Assembly (NCBI GenBank): GCA_014874175.1
Contig: JACWAD010000105.1
Location: forward strand, 365 to 64,364
Source of the DNA: Thermoleophilia bacterium
Lineage (GTDB): Bacteria; Actinomycetota; Thermoleophilia; BMS3ABIN01
Direction: 5' to 3'
Length of the DNA: 64,000 nt
Shown here one piece after another: positions 1 to 8,835 of this stretch. The notes under the pieces are model-generated. The model was not told the DNA's origin. It searched no databases and saw only the letters and a list, made by a program, of their open reading frames with translations. Made by a program: the position numbers and the translations under genes. How positions within the stretch are numbered: position 1 is the stretch's first letter; every line of letters begins with the position of its first letter.

Positions 1-1366
1 GAAATCCAGCATCCATCATCCGGTTAATGAATGCAGGGGCCCAGGCCGGCGATCCGAGCGCGTGCAGGTGCGCATAAGAAGCGAGCACATTGCCAAAGAT
101 AATGCCGTCATTGCCCCCCGCCAGGCCCGTGCCCCTGATGACTTCATAGGCGTACTCTTCCCTGTTCAGGGCCGTCACTTCCGAATAATGGAATTCATGA
201 CCCTTTAGCAGGGCGCCAGGTGCAAACCATCCTCCCGCTCCCGTGGTTTTCAGAGTGATGTAGCCGTGTCCACGGGGCTTTTCATGCATGGCTATGTCGC
301 AGGGAAGCGCTCCTGCCATCTCGCCGGACTTGTCTTTCCAGCTGATTTTCCTGGCCAGATACATGAGGCCGCCGCACTCGGCGTAAATAGGCATTCCGTC
401 CGCGGCCGCCTTGCGGATCTCCCGGCGCAGCAGCGCGTTGCCTTCCAGTTGCCTTAAAAACACTTCCGGGAAACCGCCGCCGATGTAGAGCCCGCATATG
501 CCAGCCGGGAGGCTGGAATCATCCAGGGGGCTGAAAGGAACCAGTTCCGCTCCTGCGGTGCGCAGAGCGTCAAGATTTTCAGGGTAGTAAAAAGTAAAGG
601 CCCGGTCCCGGGCAACACCCAGCCGCACCAGCGGCCGCGGCGTTTCAGCATCCGGGACGTCCTGTCCGGGAAAATCAGGCGCTGAGGCGGCAATTGCCAG
701 GATACGCTCCAGGTCCACGCTGTCCGAAACCGCCTTTTCGACCCGGCCGATGACCGCGGCCGAAGCCAGCGCTTCCGGGGCCGGCTCAAGCCCCAGGTGC
801 CGCATGGTGATGCTCATCTCGGCGCTGCGGCGAACGGCGCCAACTACCTCAATGTCACAGTAGCGCTCGATGACCCGGCGCAGCTTTTCCTCATGCCGGG
901 GACCGGAGACCTTGTTGAGGATGACGGCGGCGATTTTGACATCGGGCTCGAATCTGGTGAAACCCTGGATCAGGGGCGCCACGGAGCGCGTCATGTTGCG
1001 GCAGTTAATGACAAGCAGCACCGGGGCGTCCAGGGTGCGTCCCATGTCGGCAGTGCTGCCCTTTCCATCTACCTCGATGCTGTCGTAAAGCCCCATGTTG
1101 CCCTCGATCAGGGCCAGGTCGGCGCCGCGGCCGTTTGTGTAAAAAGACTGGCGGATCCGGTTTTCACCCATCATGAACAGGTCAAGATTGTGACAGTCGT
1201 GGCCGGTGGCGGCGCCCAGCCACATCGGATCAATAAAGTCCGGCCCCTTCTTGAACGGCCTCACGTCAAGCCCGCTGCGCCCAAAGGCGGAGCAGAGCCC
1301 GATGCTGAGCGTGGTTTTACCGGAGCTCCGGTGCGGAGCGGAGATTATCAGGCGGGGCAGTCTCAT
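1..1366 (-). CDS. cbiA: Cobyrinate a,c-diamide synthase (CbiA/CobB), 3' end runs off the window start
   Basis: Own translation of minus strand from ATG at 1366: MRLPRLIISAPHRSSGKTTLSIGLCSAFGRSGLDVRPFKKGPDFIDPMWL... (P-loop SGKTT, PFKKGPDFID), C-terminal glutamine amidotransferase-like region (AECGGLMYL). No stop before position 1, and not listed in the ORF track because it is incomplete. Confidence 0.85.
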   Translation of the reverse strand, partial: MRLPRLIISAPHRSSGKTTLSIGLCSAFGRSGLDVRPFKKGPDFIDPMWLGAATGHDCHNLDLFMMGENRIRQSFYTNGRGADLALIEGNMGLYDSIEVDGKGSTADMGRTLDAPVLLVINCRNMTRSVAPLIQGFTRFEPDVKIAAVILNKVSGPRHEEKLRRVIERYCDIEVVGAVRRSAEMSITMRHLGLEPAPEALASAAVIGRVEKAVSDSVDLERILAIAASAPDFPGQDVPDAETPRPLVRLGVARDRAFTFYYPENLDALRTAGAELVPFSPLDDSSLPAGICGLYIGGGFPEVFLRQLEGNALLRREIRKAAADGMPIYAECGGLMYLARKISWKDKSGEMAGALPCDIAMHEKPRGHGYITLKTTGAGGWFAPGALLKGHEFHYSEVTALNREEYAYEVIRGTGLAGGNDGIIFGNVLASYAHLHALGSPAWAPAFINRMMDAGF

Positions 1367-1373
1367 AAAAAAG

Positions 1374-1429
1374 TTCCCAGTTTCCAGTTCCAAGTTCCCA
1401 GTTTCCAGTTCCCTGTTTCCTGTCTCGCG
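1374..1429. repeat. 7-bp-period tandem repeat array (TTCCCAG TTTCCAG TTCCAAG TTCCCAG TTTCCAG TTCCCTG TTTCCTG), immediately 5' of the cbiA start. A second short array AAACGAG AAACGTT AAACGAG lies at 1441..1461.
   Basis: Direct reading: eight consecutive heptamers, including one 21-mer duplicated. The cbiA mRNA would carry GGAAACU/GGGAACU repeats right up to the AUG. Confidence 0.85.
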
Positions 1430-1486
1430 TGCATATGGTAAAACGAGAAACGTTAAACGAGTATATTTTACATGAGAGGGAGAGGA

Positions 1487-2476
1487 TTATCCGGGGTGCC
1501 GCAGCCTGTCAAGGATAGTTTGCAGGTCCGGCGGCAGCGGTGCGCTGACCATTATGGCGTTTCCGGTGACGGGATGCGTGAACTCAAGGCGGGCAGAATG
1601 AAGAAACTGGTGCCCCACTTCCAGAGGGTCGCGGCGGCGTCCATAGACTCTGTCGCCGGCCACGGGATGCCCGATGGCCGCCAGATGCACGCGAATCTGG
1701 TGGGTGCGGCCTGTCTCCAGCGTCACCTCCAGCAGGGAAAAACTGCCGTCCTGCCTTGTTCCGGTTTTAACGGAGGCGGCTTTTGTCCCGGGAGCGCCGC
1801 TTTGTCTACGGCGGCCGTGTGCTTCCGGCCAGCTTTCAAGGACTTTGAAATGCGTCACCGCCCGCCGTCCGCGGCCCCGCGCCACCGCCATCCGCTTGCG
1901 ATCGTGTATATCACGCCCAAGCGGCGCTTCCACGGTGCCGGAGGGCGATTTGAAGAGACCGTGCACAAGGGCCAGGTATGTGCGGCTGATCTCGTGTGCG
2001 GCCAACATCCGGGCCAGCCGCCGGTGCGTTTGCTCATCCCTGGCGACTATCAGCAGGCCGGATGTATCCTTGTCAAGGCGGTGGACGATTCCAGGCCGGC
2101 CGGGCTGTCCTCCCCCGGTTATCCGGTGAGAGAGCAGGCCGTGAACAAGCGTCCCTTCCCGGTGGCCTCTGGCCGGATGGACAACGACTCCGGCAGGCTT
2201 GTCAACAACGAGTAAAAAATCGTCCTCGCATGGAATGCTCAAATCCATGGCCTCGGGGGCAAGCGCCTGCACCGGCTGCTCGGGCAAGAGGGCGTGTATG
2301 GTCTGACCGGCCCGGACGCGGAAATTTTTGCCCTGAGGCTTGCCGCCCACCTGAACCAGCCCGGCGGCAATCAGTTTTTGCGCGGCAGCGCGTGAGCCAA
2401 TCCGGGGCTCACGGGAAAGCACCTTGTCCAGGCGCTCGTTGCCGGCCCTGTCGCCTACTTTTAACCTTAATCTCAT
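1487..2476 (-). CDS. rluD: 23S rRNA pseudouridine synthase RluD family (S4 domain + PseudoU_synth_2)
   Basis: ORF track 1487..2575. The N-terminal 33 codons overlap a heptad-repeat array, so the likely true start is the internal Met at 2476 (MRLRLKVGDRAGNERLDKVL...), giving 329 aa. Conserved HRLDKDTSGLL motif. Sits in the conserved lspA-rluD pairing. Confidence 0.85.
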   Translation of the reverse strand: MRLRLKVGDRAGNERLDKVLSREPRIGSRAAAQKLIAAGLVQVGGKPQGKNFRVRAGQTIHALLPEQPVQALAPEAMDLSIPCEDDFLLVVDKPAGVVVHPARGHREGTLVHGLLSHRITGGGQPGRPGIVHRLDKDTSGLLIVARDEQTHRRLARMLAAHEISRTYLALVHGLFKSPSGTVEAPLGRDIHDRKRMAVARGRGRRAVTHFKVLESWPEAHGRRRQSGAPGTKAASVKTGTRQDGSFSLLEVTLETGRTHQIRVHLAAIGHPVAGDRVYGRRRDPLEVGHQFLHSARLEFTHPVTGNAIMVSAPLPPDLQTILDRLRHPG

Positions 2477-2512
2477 CGCGCCCGCTTCATCCTCCGCAGC
2501 AGCCCGCGAACC

Positions 2513-2607
2513 TGTTTCCGGTTTCCTGTTTATGGTTTCGGGTTCCAGATATTGGTCGTGGGCTTTGGGTTTCATTCGACATTCCCATGTCCACCATCCA
2601 CCATCCG
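2513..2607. repeat. 7-bp-period repeat array (GTTTCCG GTTTCCT GTTTATG GTTTCGG GTTCCAG ... CCACCAT CCACCAT) between the lspA stop and the rluD start
   Basis: Direct reading of the plus strand. The minus-sense RNA carries GGAAAC/CGGAAAC repeats. Confidence 0.75.
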
Positions 2608-2608
2608 C

Positions 2609-3088
2609 TTACCATTTCCACAACAGCCCTTTGACCAACAATAAGACCCCCGCCACAATGAAAGCATCGGCGAGGTTAAAGGCGGGCCAATGAGGAAGGC
2701 GGATAAAATCAGTCACGCTGCCCGACCATGCGCGATCAGCCAGGTTGCCGATGCTGCCCGCGCCCAGAAGGGCAAAAGCCCAGTTCCAGCGGCTGTCCCT
2801 GCGCAAGGCAAAGGCGGCCAGGGCCAGCAGCGCCACCACTATCGAGCTGGCAACAATTATGGCGGCCGCATGCCCCTCCAGAATGCCGAAAGCAATGCCC
2901 TGGTTGCGCACATATTCCAGGTGCAGGAAAGGCAGGATGCCGACGGACTGCTCGGGAGACATAAGGCTGCGCACAAGAACCTTGGAAACAAGATCAGCCC
3001 CCAGCAGAAGCAACAAGCGCGAAAAAAGCTTGACCGGCACTTTACGCGAATGCTGGATTTTGGATGCCGGACTCTGTATTAAACCCAA
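2609..3088 (-). CDS. lspA: Lipoprotein signal peptidase (signal peptidase II)
   Basis: 159 aa, four TM segments, conserved NxGxAFG-like motif (RNQGIAFGIL) and FNLAD motif. Adjacent to rluD. Confidence 0.9.
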   Translation of the reverse strand: MGLIQSPASKIQHSRKVPVKLFSRLLLLLGADLVSKVLVRSLMSPEQSVGILPFLHLEYVRNQGIAFGILEGHAAAIIVASSIVVALLALAAFALRRDSRWNWAFALLGAGSIGNLADRAWSGSVTDFIRLPHWPAFNLADAFIVAGVLLLVKGLLWKW

Positions 3089-3239
3089 AATGCATGCGGT
3101 TGATGCATATAAGACTAGCCTCCGGAATTGAAGCTTGCTGAATGTCCATTAAAGAACCAAAAACCTGAATAGCGTTGACCCCGGTTTATTGACCTCGATA
3201 CATAATTACGGCCCTATTTATGATTTTACCAAAGCCGCC

Positions 3240-3297
3240 ATCCAGAATCCTGTCCAGTATCCAGTATCCAGCACCTTATCCAGCATCCGGTTTACTG
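3240..3297. repeat. 7-bp-period repeat array (ATCCAGA ATCCTGT CCAGTAT CCAGTAT CCAGCAC CTTATCC AGCATCC GGTTTAC) in the lspA 5' region
   Basis: Direct reading. The minus-sense RNA has GGAU every 7 nt. Confidence 0.8.
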
Positions 3298-3684
3298 TCT
3301 GTTTTCCAGACGGCTCTGGCACCGAACGCATCTGCTTGCATATGGCACCGCTTCCAGCCTTTCCCGGGGAATATTACTGCCGCAGGACACACACCTGCCG
3401 TAGTTGCCGTCTTCGATGGCCCTTAATGCGGCGTCAACCCGCCCAAGCAGCTGCGTCAGATGCACCTGCATGCTTAAGCCGGCTTCCTGATTCTGGGCCA
3501 GCGCCGCAATCTCGGCAACCCGCTCATCACGGTTCGCCTCCTCGGCCATCTCCTTCATGGCCGCGTCGAAATCCTCCTCGAGGCGCTCAATATCGCGCCG
3601 CGTTCTTTCACGCAGTGCCAGCAGTTTTTCAATCTGTTCTTGATTTGGCTTCAAGGAAAAAAGAGCTCCGAGTTCCGAGTCCAA
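3292..3684 (-). CDS. DksA/TraR-family C4-type zinc-finger protein
   Basis: C-terminal CVSCGSNIPRERLEAVPYASRCVRCQ (CxxC-x17-CxxC) after a coiled-coil region. The first 9 codons of the listed ORF are themselves heptad repeats (GAGCTCC GAGTTCC GAGTCCA), so the start is more likely the TTG at about 3657. Confidence 0.75.
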   Translation of the reverse strand: MDSELGALFSLKPNQEQIEKLLALRERTRRDIERLEEDFDAAMKEMAEEANRDERVAEIAALAQNQEAGLSMQVHLTQLLGRVDAALRAIEDGNYGRCVSCGSNIPRERLEAVPYASRCVRCQSRLENRQ

Positions 3685-3696
3685 AGATGTTCCTAG

Positions 3697-4071
3697 CTAC
3701 TTCCCACTGTCCGCTTTATTCCCTTCCAGGATGGTTTTTATCGTTGCCTGCGCGAGGGCCGGTTTGACCCCGACAAGCAGAATTGTCTTTACGCGTGAGC
3801 GCTCCCCGGAGAGAATCCTGAGACGGTTCTTTCTTATGCCCAGCCCGCGTGCCAGTAATTTAAGCAGGGCCTGGTTGGCCTTGCCCCCGACAGGAGGCGC
3901 CTGGACCCGGACCTGCAGGCATCCGCCCGCTATGCCCTTGATTTCTGATCTCTTTGCCCCGGGCACGACGCGGATTTCAAGCAGCGTCCCTTCTTCAGCC
4001 CCCTTGGCATACAAATGCATAAAGTTTAGAGTTTCGAATTTCGGGTTTAATCCACCGTCTGCATCCGCCAT
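3697..4071 (-). CDS. yggU: DUF167 / YggU-family protein
   Basis: GTLLEIRVVPGAKRSEIKG...LQVRVQAPPVGGKANQALLKLLARGLGIRKNRLRILSGERSRVK is the typical DUF167 signature. A heptad array occupies the first 17 codons, so the likely start is the internal Met at 4020. Confidence 0.8.
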   Translation of the reverse strand: MADADGGLNPKFETLNFMHLYAKGAEEGTLLEIRVVPGAKRSEIKGIAGGCLQVRVQAPPVGGKANQALLKLLARGLGIRKNRLRILSGERSRVKTILLVGVKPALAQATIKTILEGNKADSGK

Positions 4072-4082
4072 CCGCCATCTGC
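4023..4082. repeat. 7-bp-period repeat array (AGTTTAG AGTTTCG AATTTCG GGTTTAA TCCACCG TCTGCAT CCGCCAT CCGCCAT)
   Basis: Direct reading. It shares the CC(A/G)CCAT unit with the array at 2590..2607. Confidence 0.75.
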
Positions 4083-4086
4083 TTTC

Positions 4087-4872
4087 TTACCATTTGAATT
4101 CTTCTTCCTCGGTGCTCATCTCAACATCGGCAAAAGGATCATCCTCGTCATCAGGGGAAACGGGGCGGGCCGTTTCGGCTTCCAGGGAAGGGAGGCCGCT
4201 CTCTCCGTCCGCCACCCGTTCAATGTTTTCCTCTTTCGCGGCAGCCACCATCTCTACGCCGCTGTCAAGGATATCCTCCGGAGCGGCGACGTCATCGTCC
4301 CGGGCAGCTTCAGAATCGCCGGCTGGGACGAGGTCGGCGGCAGCGTTAACCTGTGTCTTAAAATCCGCCCCTATTCCAGCTGCCGGCTCAACGGCCGCCG
4401 TCCCTTCCGGCAGATCCCCGCCTTCCAGCTCTCCTTCCTGGTCAAGGATATTCATGTAGGTCTCCAGCACCGACCGCATCTGATAGCGCAGGTCCTCGTT
4501 CTTTTGCTTCAGCGTCTGCACCGAGCGCTGTATTTTTTGCCGCTCGGCGTATGAATCGTTGAGAATGCTGCGCGCTTTCAGCTCCGCGTCACGGAGGATC
4601 AGGTCCGCTTCCTTCTTGGCGTTTTGCTTTATCTCCTCGGCCTGCTGCTGAGCCGATACCAGCGTTTTTTTCAGTGTCTCCTCGATGTTGCGGTATTGCT
4701 CGACTTTCCCTTCCATTGACTCTGCTTTTTCTTTGTAGTCAATATTCTCGTTAAAAATGCGCTCAAACTCATCCGCGATGTCATCGAGGAATTCATCAAC
4801 CTCGACGTCCTTATAGCCGCGCATCGCACGCGAGAATTCCTTGTGCCTGATGTCCAGCGGTGTCAATTTCAT
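4087..4872 (-). CDS. divIVA: Cell-division protein DivIVA, with an acidic C-terminal tail
   Basis: N-terminus MKLTPLDIRHKEFSRAMRGYKDVEVDEFLD is the canonical DivIVA start. Followed by coiled coil. Confidence 0.9.
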   Translation of the reverse strand: MKLTPLDIRHKEFSRAMRGYKDVEVDEFLDDIADEFERIFNENIDYKEKAESMEGKVEQYRNIEETLKKTLVSAQQQAEEIKQNAKKEADLILRDAELKARSILNDSYAERQKIQRSVQTLKQKNEDLRYQMRSVLETYMNILDQEGELEGGDLPEGTAAVEPAAGIGADFKTQVNAAADLVPAGDSEAARDDDVAAPEDILDSGVEMVAAAKEENIERVADGESGLPSLEAETARPVSPDDEDDPFADVEMSTEEEEFKW

Positions 4873-4894
4873 GGCTCTCCTCCAGGTAATGTTG

Positions 4895-5173
4895 TTAAAA
4901 AGTCCCGTAAGCTATCAGGCCGACAAGATAGCTGCGGACTATCACAAGAATTATCAAGCCAATGAACGGGCTGAAATCGATGCCTGAGACGACAGGGATG
5001 AAGCGGCGGAAGATCCGCAGGTAGGGCTCGGTAAGGTCATATATAAAACGGTATATTGTCAACATCGGCCCCGACGGCACCCTGATCCAGCTAAACAAAA
5101 CCCTGGCGAATATCAAGACGTAGTAAACCCAGAAAAGCGCATTTACAAAATTTGCAAGATCAATCCTGGCCAT
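4895..5173 (-). CDS. yggT: YggT-family membrane protein (YlmG)
   Basis: 92 aa, two TM segments, conserved position next to sepF/divIVA. Confidence 0.8.
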   Translation of the reverse strand: MARIDLANFVNALFWVYYVLIFARVLFSWIRVPSGPMLTIYRFIYDLTEPYLRIFRRFIPVVSGIDFSPFIGLIILVIVRSYLVGLIAYGTF

Positions 5174-5177
5174 GACT

Positions 5178-5984
5178 TTAACCCAACTCGCCAGCGCGGG
5201 CCCAGGCCGCCTGCACCGCCTCGATGATGGCCGATCGGGCGCCGCGCCTTTCCAGCACCGCCAGGCCGGCGGCGGTAGTGCCCGCCGGCGACGTAACGCG
5301 CCGGCGCAGCTTCTCCGGCCCCGGCCCCCCCTCCGAGATCAGCTTTGCCGTGCCGGCTAGCATTGAGCCTGCCAGCTCGCGGGCGGCTGCGGGGGGAAGG
5401 CCGGCAAGGACGCCGGCGTCGATGAAGGACTCCATTATCAACGCCAGGAAGCCGGGTCCGCTGCCACTGATAGCCGTAGCGGCGGCGAAGAATTTCTCCT
5501 GAAGCGGAATGACGCGGCCCAGCATCTGAAGCAGCCCGGAAACCTCCTCGCTTAACGCCTGACTGGCGCCATGCCCGGCGGCAAAGGCAATGGTGCCGGC
5601 GCCAACTTCCACGGCCATGTTGGGCATCAGCCTGAAAACATTCACCTCGAACGGAAACAGCGCCTCCAGAAAGGCAATGGTCCGGCCCGCGGCAACCGAG
5701 ACAAGCACTTTCCCCCGGCTGAACAGGGGAGCCGCCTCTTTCAAGGCCGCCTCCACGCCGCCGGGCTTCACCGCCAGCAGCACAAGATCCGACTGTTCAA
5801 CCAGCTCCCTGTTCGAGCCGGCAATCGACGCCCCGGTTGCGGCTGCCAGCTTCTGAGCCGCCTCGGGGCGGGCGTCGGCCACAGTTATGCGCCCGGCCAT
5901 AGCTGGATCGGACCTGATCCACCCTTTCACAAATGCAGCGCCTATATTGCCCGAGCCTATCAGCCCGATGCTGCCGATGGTCAT
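5178..5984 (-). CDS. proC: Pyrroline-5-carboxylate reductase
   Basis: Rossmann N-terminus IGLIGSGNIG, P5CR C-terminal dimerisation region (TSPAGTTAAGL). Confidence 0.85.
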   Translation of the reverse strand: MTIGSIGLIGSGNIGAAFVKGWIRSDPAMAGRITVADARPEAAQKLAAATGASIAGSNRELVEQSDLVLLAVKPGGVEAALKEAAPLFSRGKVLVSVAAGRTIAFLEALFPFEVNVFRLMPNMAVEVGAGTIAFAAGHGASQALSEEVSGLLQMLGRVIPLQEKFFAAATAISGSGPGFLALIMESFIDAGVLAGLPPAAARELAGSMLAGTAKLISEGGPGPEKLRRRVTSPAGTTAAGLAVLERRGARSAIIEAVQAAWARAGELG

Positions 5985-6523
5985 GACTGGTTAAAGAATC
6001 CCTTCTCCATCAGGCGCGCCTTCTCCTCGGCTGAGACGTCAACGTTGCGTGGCGTCAGCATGAATACCTTGTCCGCCACCCTCTGCATGCCGCCGTCAAG
6101 GGCATAGGTCAAGCCGCTGGAAAAATCAATCAGCCGCTTGGCAAGCTCCCGGTCGACGCTCTGGAGATTGAGAATAACAGGCACATCGCCCTTCAGTTTG
6201 TCGGCCACCTGCTGGGCGTCATTGAAACTTTTGGGCAAAATCAGGTGTACGCGCACATTGGCCGGAGAAACCGCCGCCCTGAGCGGCCTCACCCGGGCAA
6301 CCTTCTTCTCCTCAGGATAGATATCGTCATAATCAACCCGGCGCTTTCTCCGGTTGATCTTGCGGACGTTGGGGCGCTCCCGGTAGGATTCCTCCAGCTC
6401 GCGGTGCGCGGCCAGGTGTTCTTCTTCCTCGTCAAACTCCCTCTCATGGTCAAGGTCATCCTCGGCCAGGCCGAAGTAGACAAGCGCCTTGTTCCACATG
6501 CTGCCGTTAGCTATCGCAATCAC
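5981..6523 (-). CDS. sepF: Cell-division protein SepF
   Basis: C-terminal SepF domain (RVHLILPKSFNDAQQVADKLKGDVPVILNL...GLTYAL), N-terminal MIAIANGSMWNKALVYFGL membrane-binding helix. Located between yggS and yggT. Confidence 0.85.
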   Translation of the reverse strand: MIAIANGSMWNKALVYFGLAEDDLDHEREFDEEEEHLAAHRELEESYRERPNVRKINRRKRRVDYDDIYPEEKKVARVRPLRAAVSPANVRVHLILPKSFNDAQQVADKLKGDVPVILNLQSVDRELAKRLIDFSSGLTYALDGGMQRVADKVFMLTPRNVDVSAEEKARLMEKGFFNQS

Positions 6524-6690
6524 CTCCTGTGCTGATTGAGGCTTAAAAGCCGATCATCAAGTAATACATCAGGGTTACCGGCTCCCTGCCGGCCGCACTA
6601 CGAACCCCTGCTGGGATAGGTTCTTAATTCTCCACTCCCTTCCGTTTTTGTTCTACCTTGATCTCCCTATCCCTTGTTCCGGCCTCCTCC

Positions 6691-7398
6691 CTACCTGTAA
6701 AGCAGGCTGCCCACCCTGATTATTGTGGCGCCTTCCTCGACTGCGACCGTAAAATCCTGGCTCGTTCCCATGGAAAGGCGCTCAAAGCTGAATTTGCCGT
6801 GCCATTTCTGGGAGAGCTCGGAAGCCAGGCGGCGCAGGGCCGCGAAGGCTGGTCGGACAACCTCGGGGTCGGCCGCCAGGGGCGGCATTGTCATGAGGCC
6901 GGTGAAGTTCACCCTTGGAAATTTTGCAGCCTCCTCAAGGAAGCGGTCAACTTCGGAAGGAATAATACCATACTTGCCCGCTTCCTGGCCAATGTTGACC
7001 TGGAGGAGAACATTTGCCTGGATCCGCGCGCGGCGGTCGATCTCCCCGGCCAGGCTCAATGAGTCCAGCGAATGGATCAGCCTGACCAGCGGCAACACCT
7101 GCCCCACCTTGTTGCCCTGCAGGTGGCCGATGAAATCCCACGTGAACCGGGAGCCGTAAAGGCGGTGCTTGGCGGTCAGCTCCTGGGCCCTGTTCTCACC
7201 GATAAGGGCGATGCCGGCATCGGCCAGAACCGCAAGGCCGTCAGCAGAGACATACTTGGTGGCGGCGAGGATCTCGACGCCGGCCGGGTCGCGCCCGGCG
7301 CGCCCGCAGGCGGCAGCCACCTCTTCCCGGATGCGGGCAAAACTGGCGCGAATGCGGCCCGAGTCCAGTTCAGCGGCGGTTTTAGCCTCATGTTTCAA
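6691..7398 (-). CDS. yggS: YggS-family pyridoxal-phosphate homeostasis protein (alanine-racemase N-terminal fold)
   Basis: 235 aa, conserved ATKYVS / HFIGHLQGNK motifs. Apparent TTG start at 7398. Confidence 0.85.
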   Translation of the reverse strand: MKHEAKTAAELDSGRIRASFARIREEVAAACGRAGRDPAGVEILAATKYVSADGLAVLADAGIALIGENRAQELTAKHRLYGSRFTWDFIGHLQGNKVGQVLPLVRLIHSLDSLSLAGEIDRRARIQANVLLQVNIGQEAGKYGIIPSEVDRFLEEAAKFPRVNFTGLMTMPPLAADPEVVRPAFAALRRLASELSQKWHGKFSFERLSMGTSQDFTVAVEEGATIIRVGSLLYR

Positions 7399-7424
7399 GT
7401 CCCCAGTTTCCAGTTTCCAGTTAA
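7399..7424. repeat. Short heptad array GTCCCCA GTTTCCA GTTTCCA abutting the yggS start
   Basis: Direct reading. The mRNA carries GGAAACUGGAAACUGGGGAC immediately 5' of the start. Confidence 0.7.
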
Positions 7425-7720
7425 AACATCATCTTTAACAAGCCTGGCGGGATTTTTTTCCGGAGCGGTTCGGCCTGCGGGCCACCGAAAACCGGCCTTC
7501 CACCAGGTCAAACGCCCATCAGATGCCGCTAAAACCGCAAATGAAAGCGGAGGGAAATTTCCCGGCCGGCGAAACAGCCTCCACAACCGCTATCCTCGTT
7601 TGCATCATATTAAACCCGGTTCCCAGTTCCCAATTTCAAAAACTATAACGAATATCAGCGAGTTGTCAAAGAAACATCAAGTTTTTTGGTTTTTTTCAAA
7701 GTCCATATCCAGCATTCGGT

Positions 7721-8560
7721 TTACTCTAGCCACGCAATTGCGCCGTGACGGCCGGTGACGCCGCCGTCGCGGCGGTATGAATAAAAGTGTTTGTCACAAG
7801 ACGTGCAGATGTCAAGCAAATGGATGTTGGCGGCGGGAATGCCGGAGGCTTTCAGATCAATTATGGCGGCGGCGGCGAGGTCTGCGCGGTTGCCCGTGAC
7901 TGCTTCCGGGCCGAACCTCGCTTTGAACACTTGCGCTGCCCGGGGGCCGACCTCGTAGCAGCAGGGCCCGATTGCGGGTCCCAAAGCAGCAACAATTCTT
8001 CCCGGATCGGCGCCCAGCTCATTCTTCATTACAGCCACGCCATTTGCAATCACGCCCGCAGCAAGCCCCCTGCGCCCGGCATGCAGCGCTCCCACGGCCG
8101 GCCGCCTACCGCCCGCAGCCAGAACCACGGGCAGGCAATCAGCAAAGTGAAGCAGGATGGGAGCATTGGGAAGCGCTGTTATCAACCCGTCGCAGGGATC
8201 GAAAAGGGACTCCTCGCCGAAAGCCCCGGAGCCTACCTGTTCGTCGCGCTCAAGAAGCATGGGCTTTGGCGTATGCCGCTGGCGGGGAGAAGTGATGGCG
8301 GCAGGATCGACTCCAAGCATCTCCGCCAGGGCAGTCCGGTTCTGCGAGACATGCTCTCGGTCGTCGCCGACGTGAAATCCCAGATTCAGCGACTCGTACG
8401 GGGGCTCGCTGACACCTCCGTTCCTCATCGTAAAAAAAACATTGACTCCCGCCGGAGCCCGGGAAAACTTCCAGCCGAGCGGCAGCCTGAAAACCGGATT
8501 GACCTTCGAGAACGATGCGTGGCTGTTGATGCCGTCAAATAATGACTGATTTCTGTTCAT
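7721..8560 (-). CDS. pgeF: Peptidoglycan editing factor PgeF (YfiH/YlmD, laccase-domain protein)
   Basis: Cys/His triad motifs (CLPVVL, CTSCD), conserved position immediately downstream of ftsZ. Confidence 0.85.
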   Translation of the reverse strand: MNRNQSLFDGINSHASFSKVNPVFRLPLGWKFSRAPAGVNVFFTMRNGGVSEPPYESLNLGFHVGDDREHVSQNRTALAEMLGVDPAAITSPRQRHTPKPMLLERDEQVGSGAFGEESLFDPCDGLITALPNAPILLHFADCLPVVLAAGGRRPAVGALHAGRRGLAAGVIANGVAVMKNELGADPGRIVAALGPAIGPCCYEVGPRAAQVFKARFGPEAVTGNRADLAAAAIIDLKASGIPAANIHLLDICTSCDKHFYSYRRDGGVTGRHGAIAWLE

Positions 8561-8601
8561 GGCGGAAAAGAAAAAACGGCCCTGCCTGCCAAATGATCGT
8601 T

Positions 8602-8646
8602 GGGTTCCGGGTTCCGGGTTCCGGGTTCCGGGTTCCGGGTTCCGGG
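8602..8646. repeat. Perfect tandem repeat (GGGTTCC)x6 between ftsZ and pgeF
   Basis: Direct reading: gggttcc repeated six times then ggg. The minus-sense RNA carries (GGAACCC)6. Confidence 0.95.
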
Positions 8647-8835
8647 AAAAAACTATACCACTATCTTACTAATTGTAAATAATGAACTGCTACGGAAGCG
8701 GAGCCTGCCGGACATCGGCAGGAAATAGGCAAACCCTTGCAAGCCCTGAGCTAATTCCTGAACGAATTGGATGAACAGTTTGGCCAAGAAAAATGTCAGC
8801 CGGCAGCCGTGAAGGCAAAACGAAAACCGCCCCGC

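Noticed and set aside
1366-1486. Cobalamin riboswitch expected upstream of cbiA
   Set aside because: The 120-nt region is filled by heptad repeats and lacks the B12-box (GCCACTG) and conserved riboswitch core. cbiA is probably internal to a longer cob operon extending off-window.
8602-8646. (GGGTTCC)6 and (CCAGTAT)5 considered as possible CRISPR arrays
   Set aside because: Repeat units are only 7 bp and contiguous, with no unique spacers and no cas genes nearby. They are simple tandem repeats.
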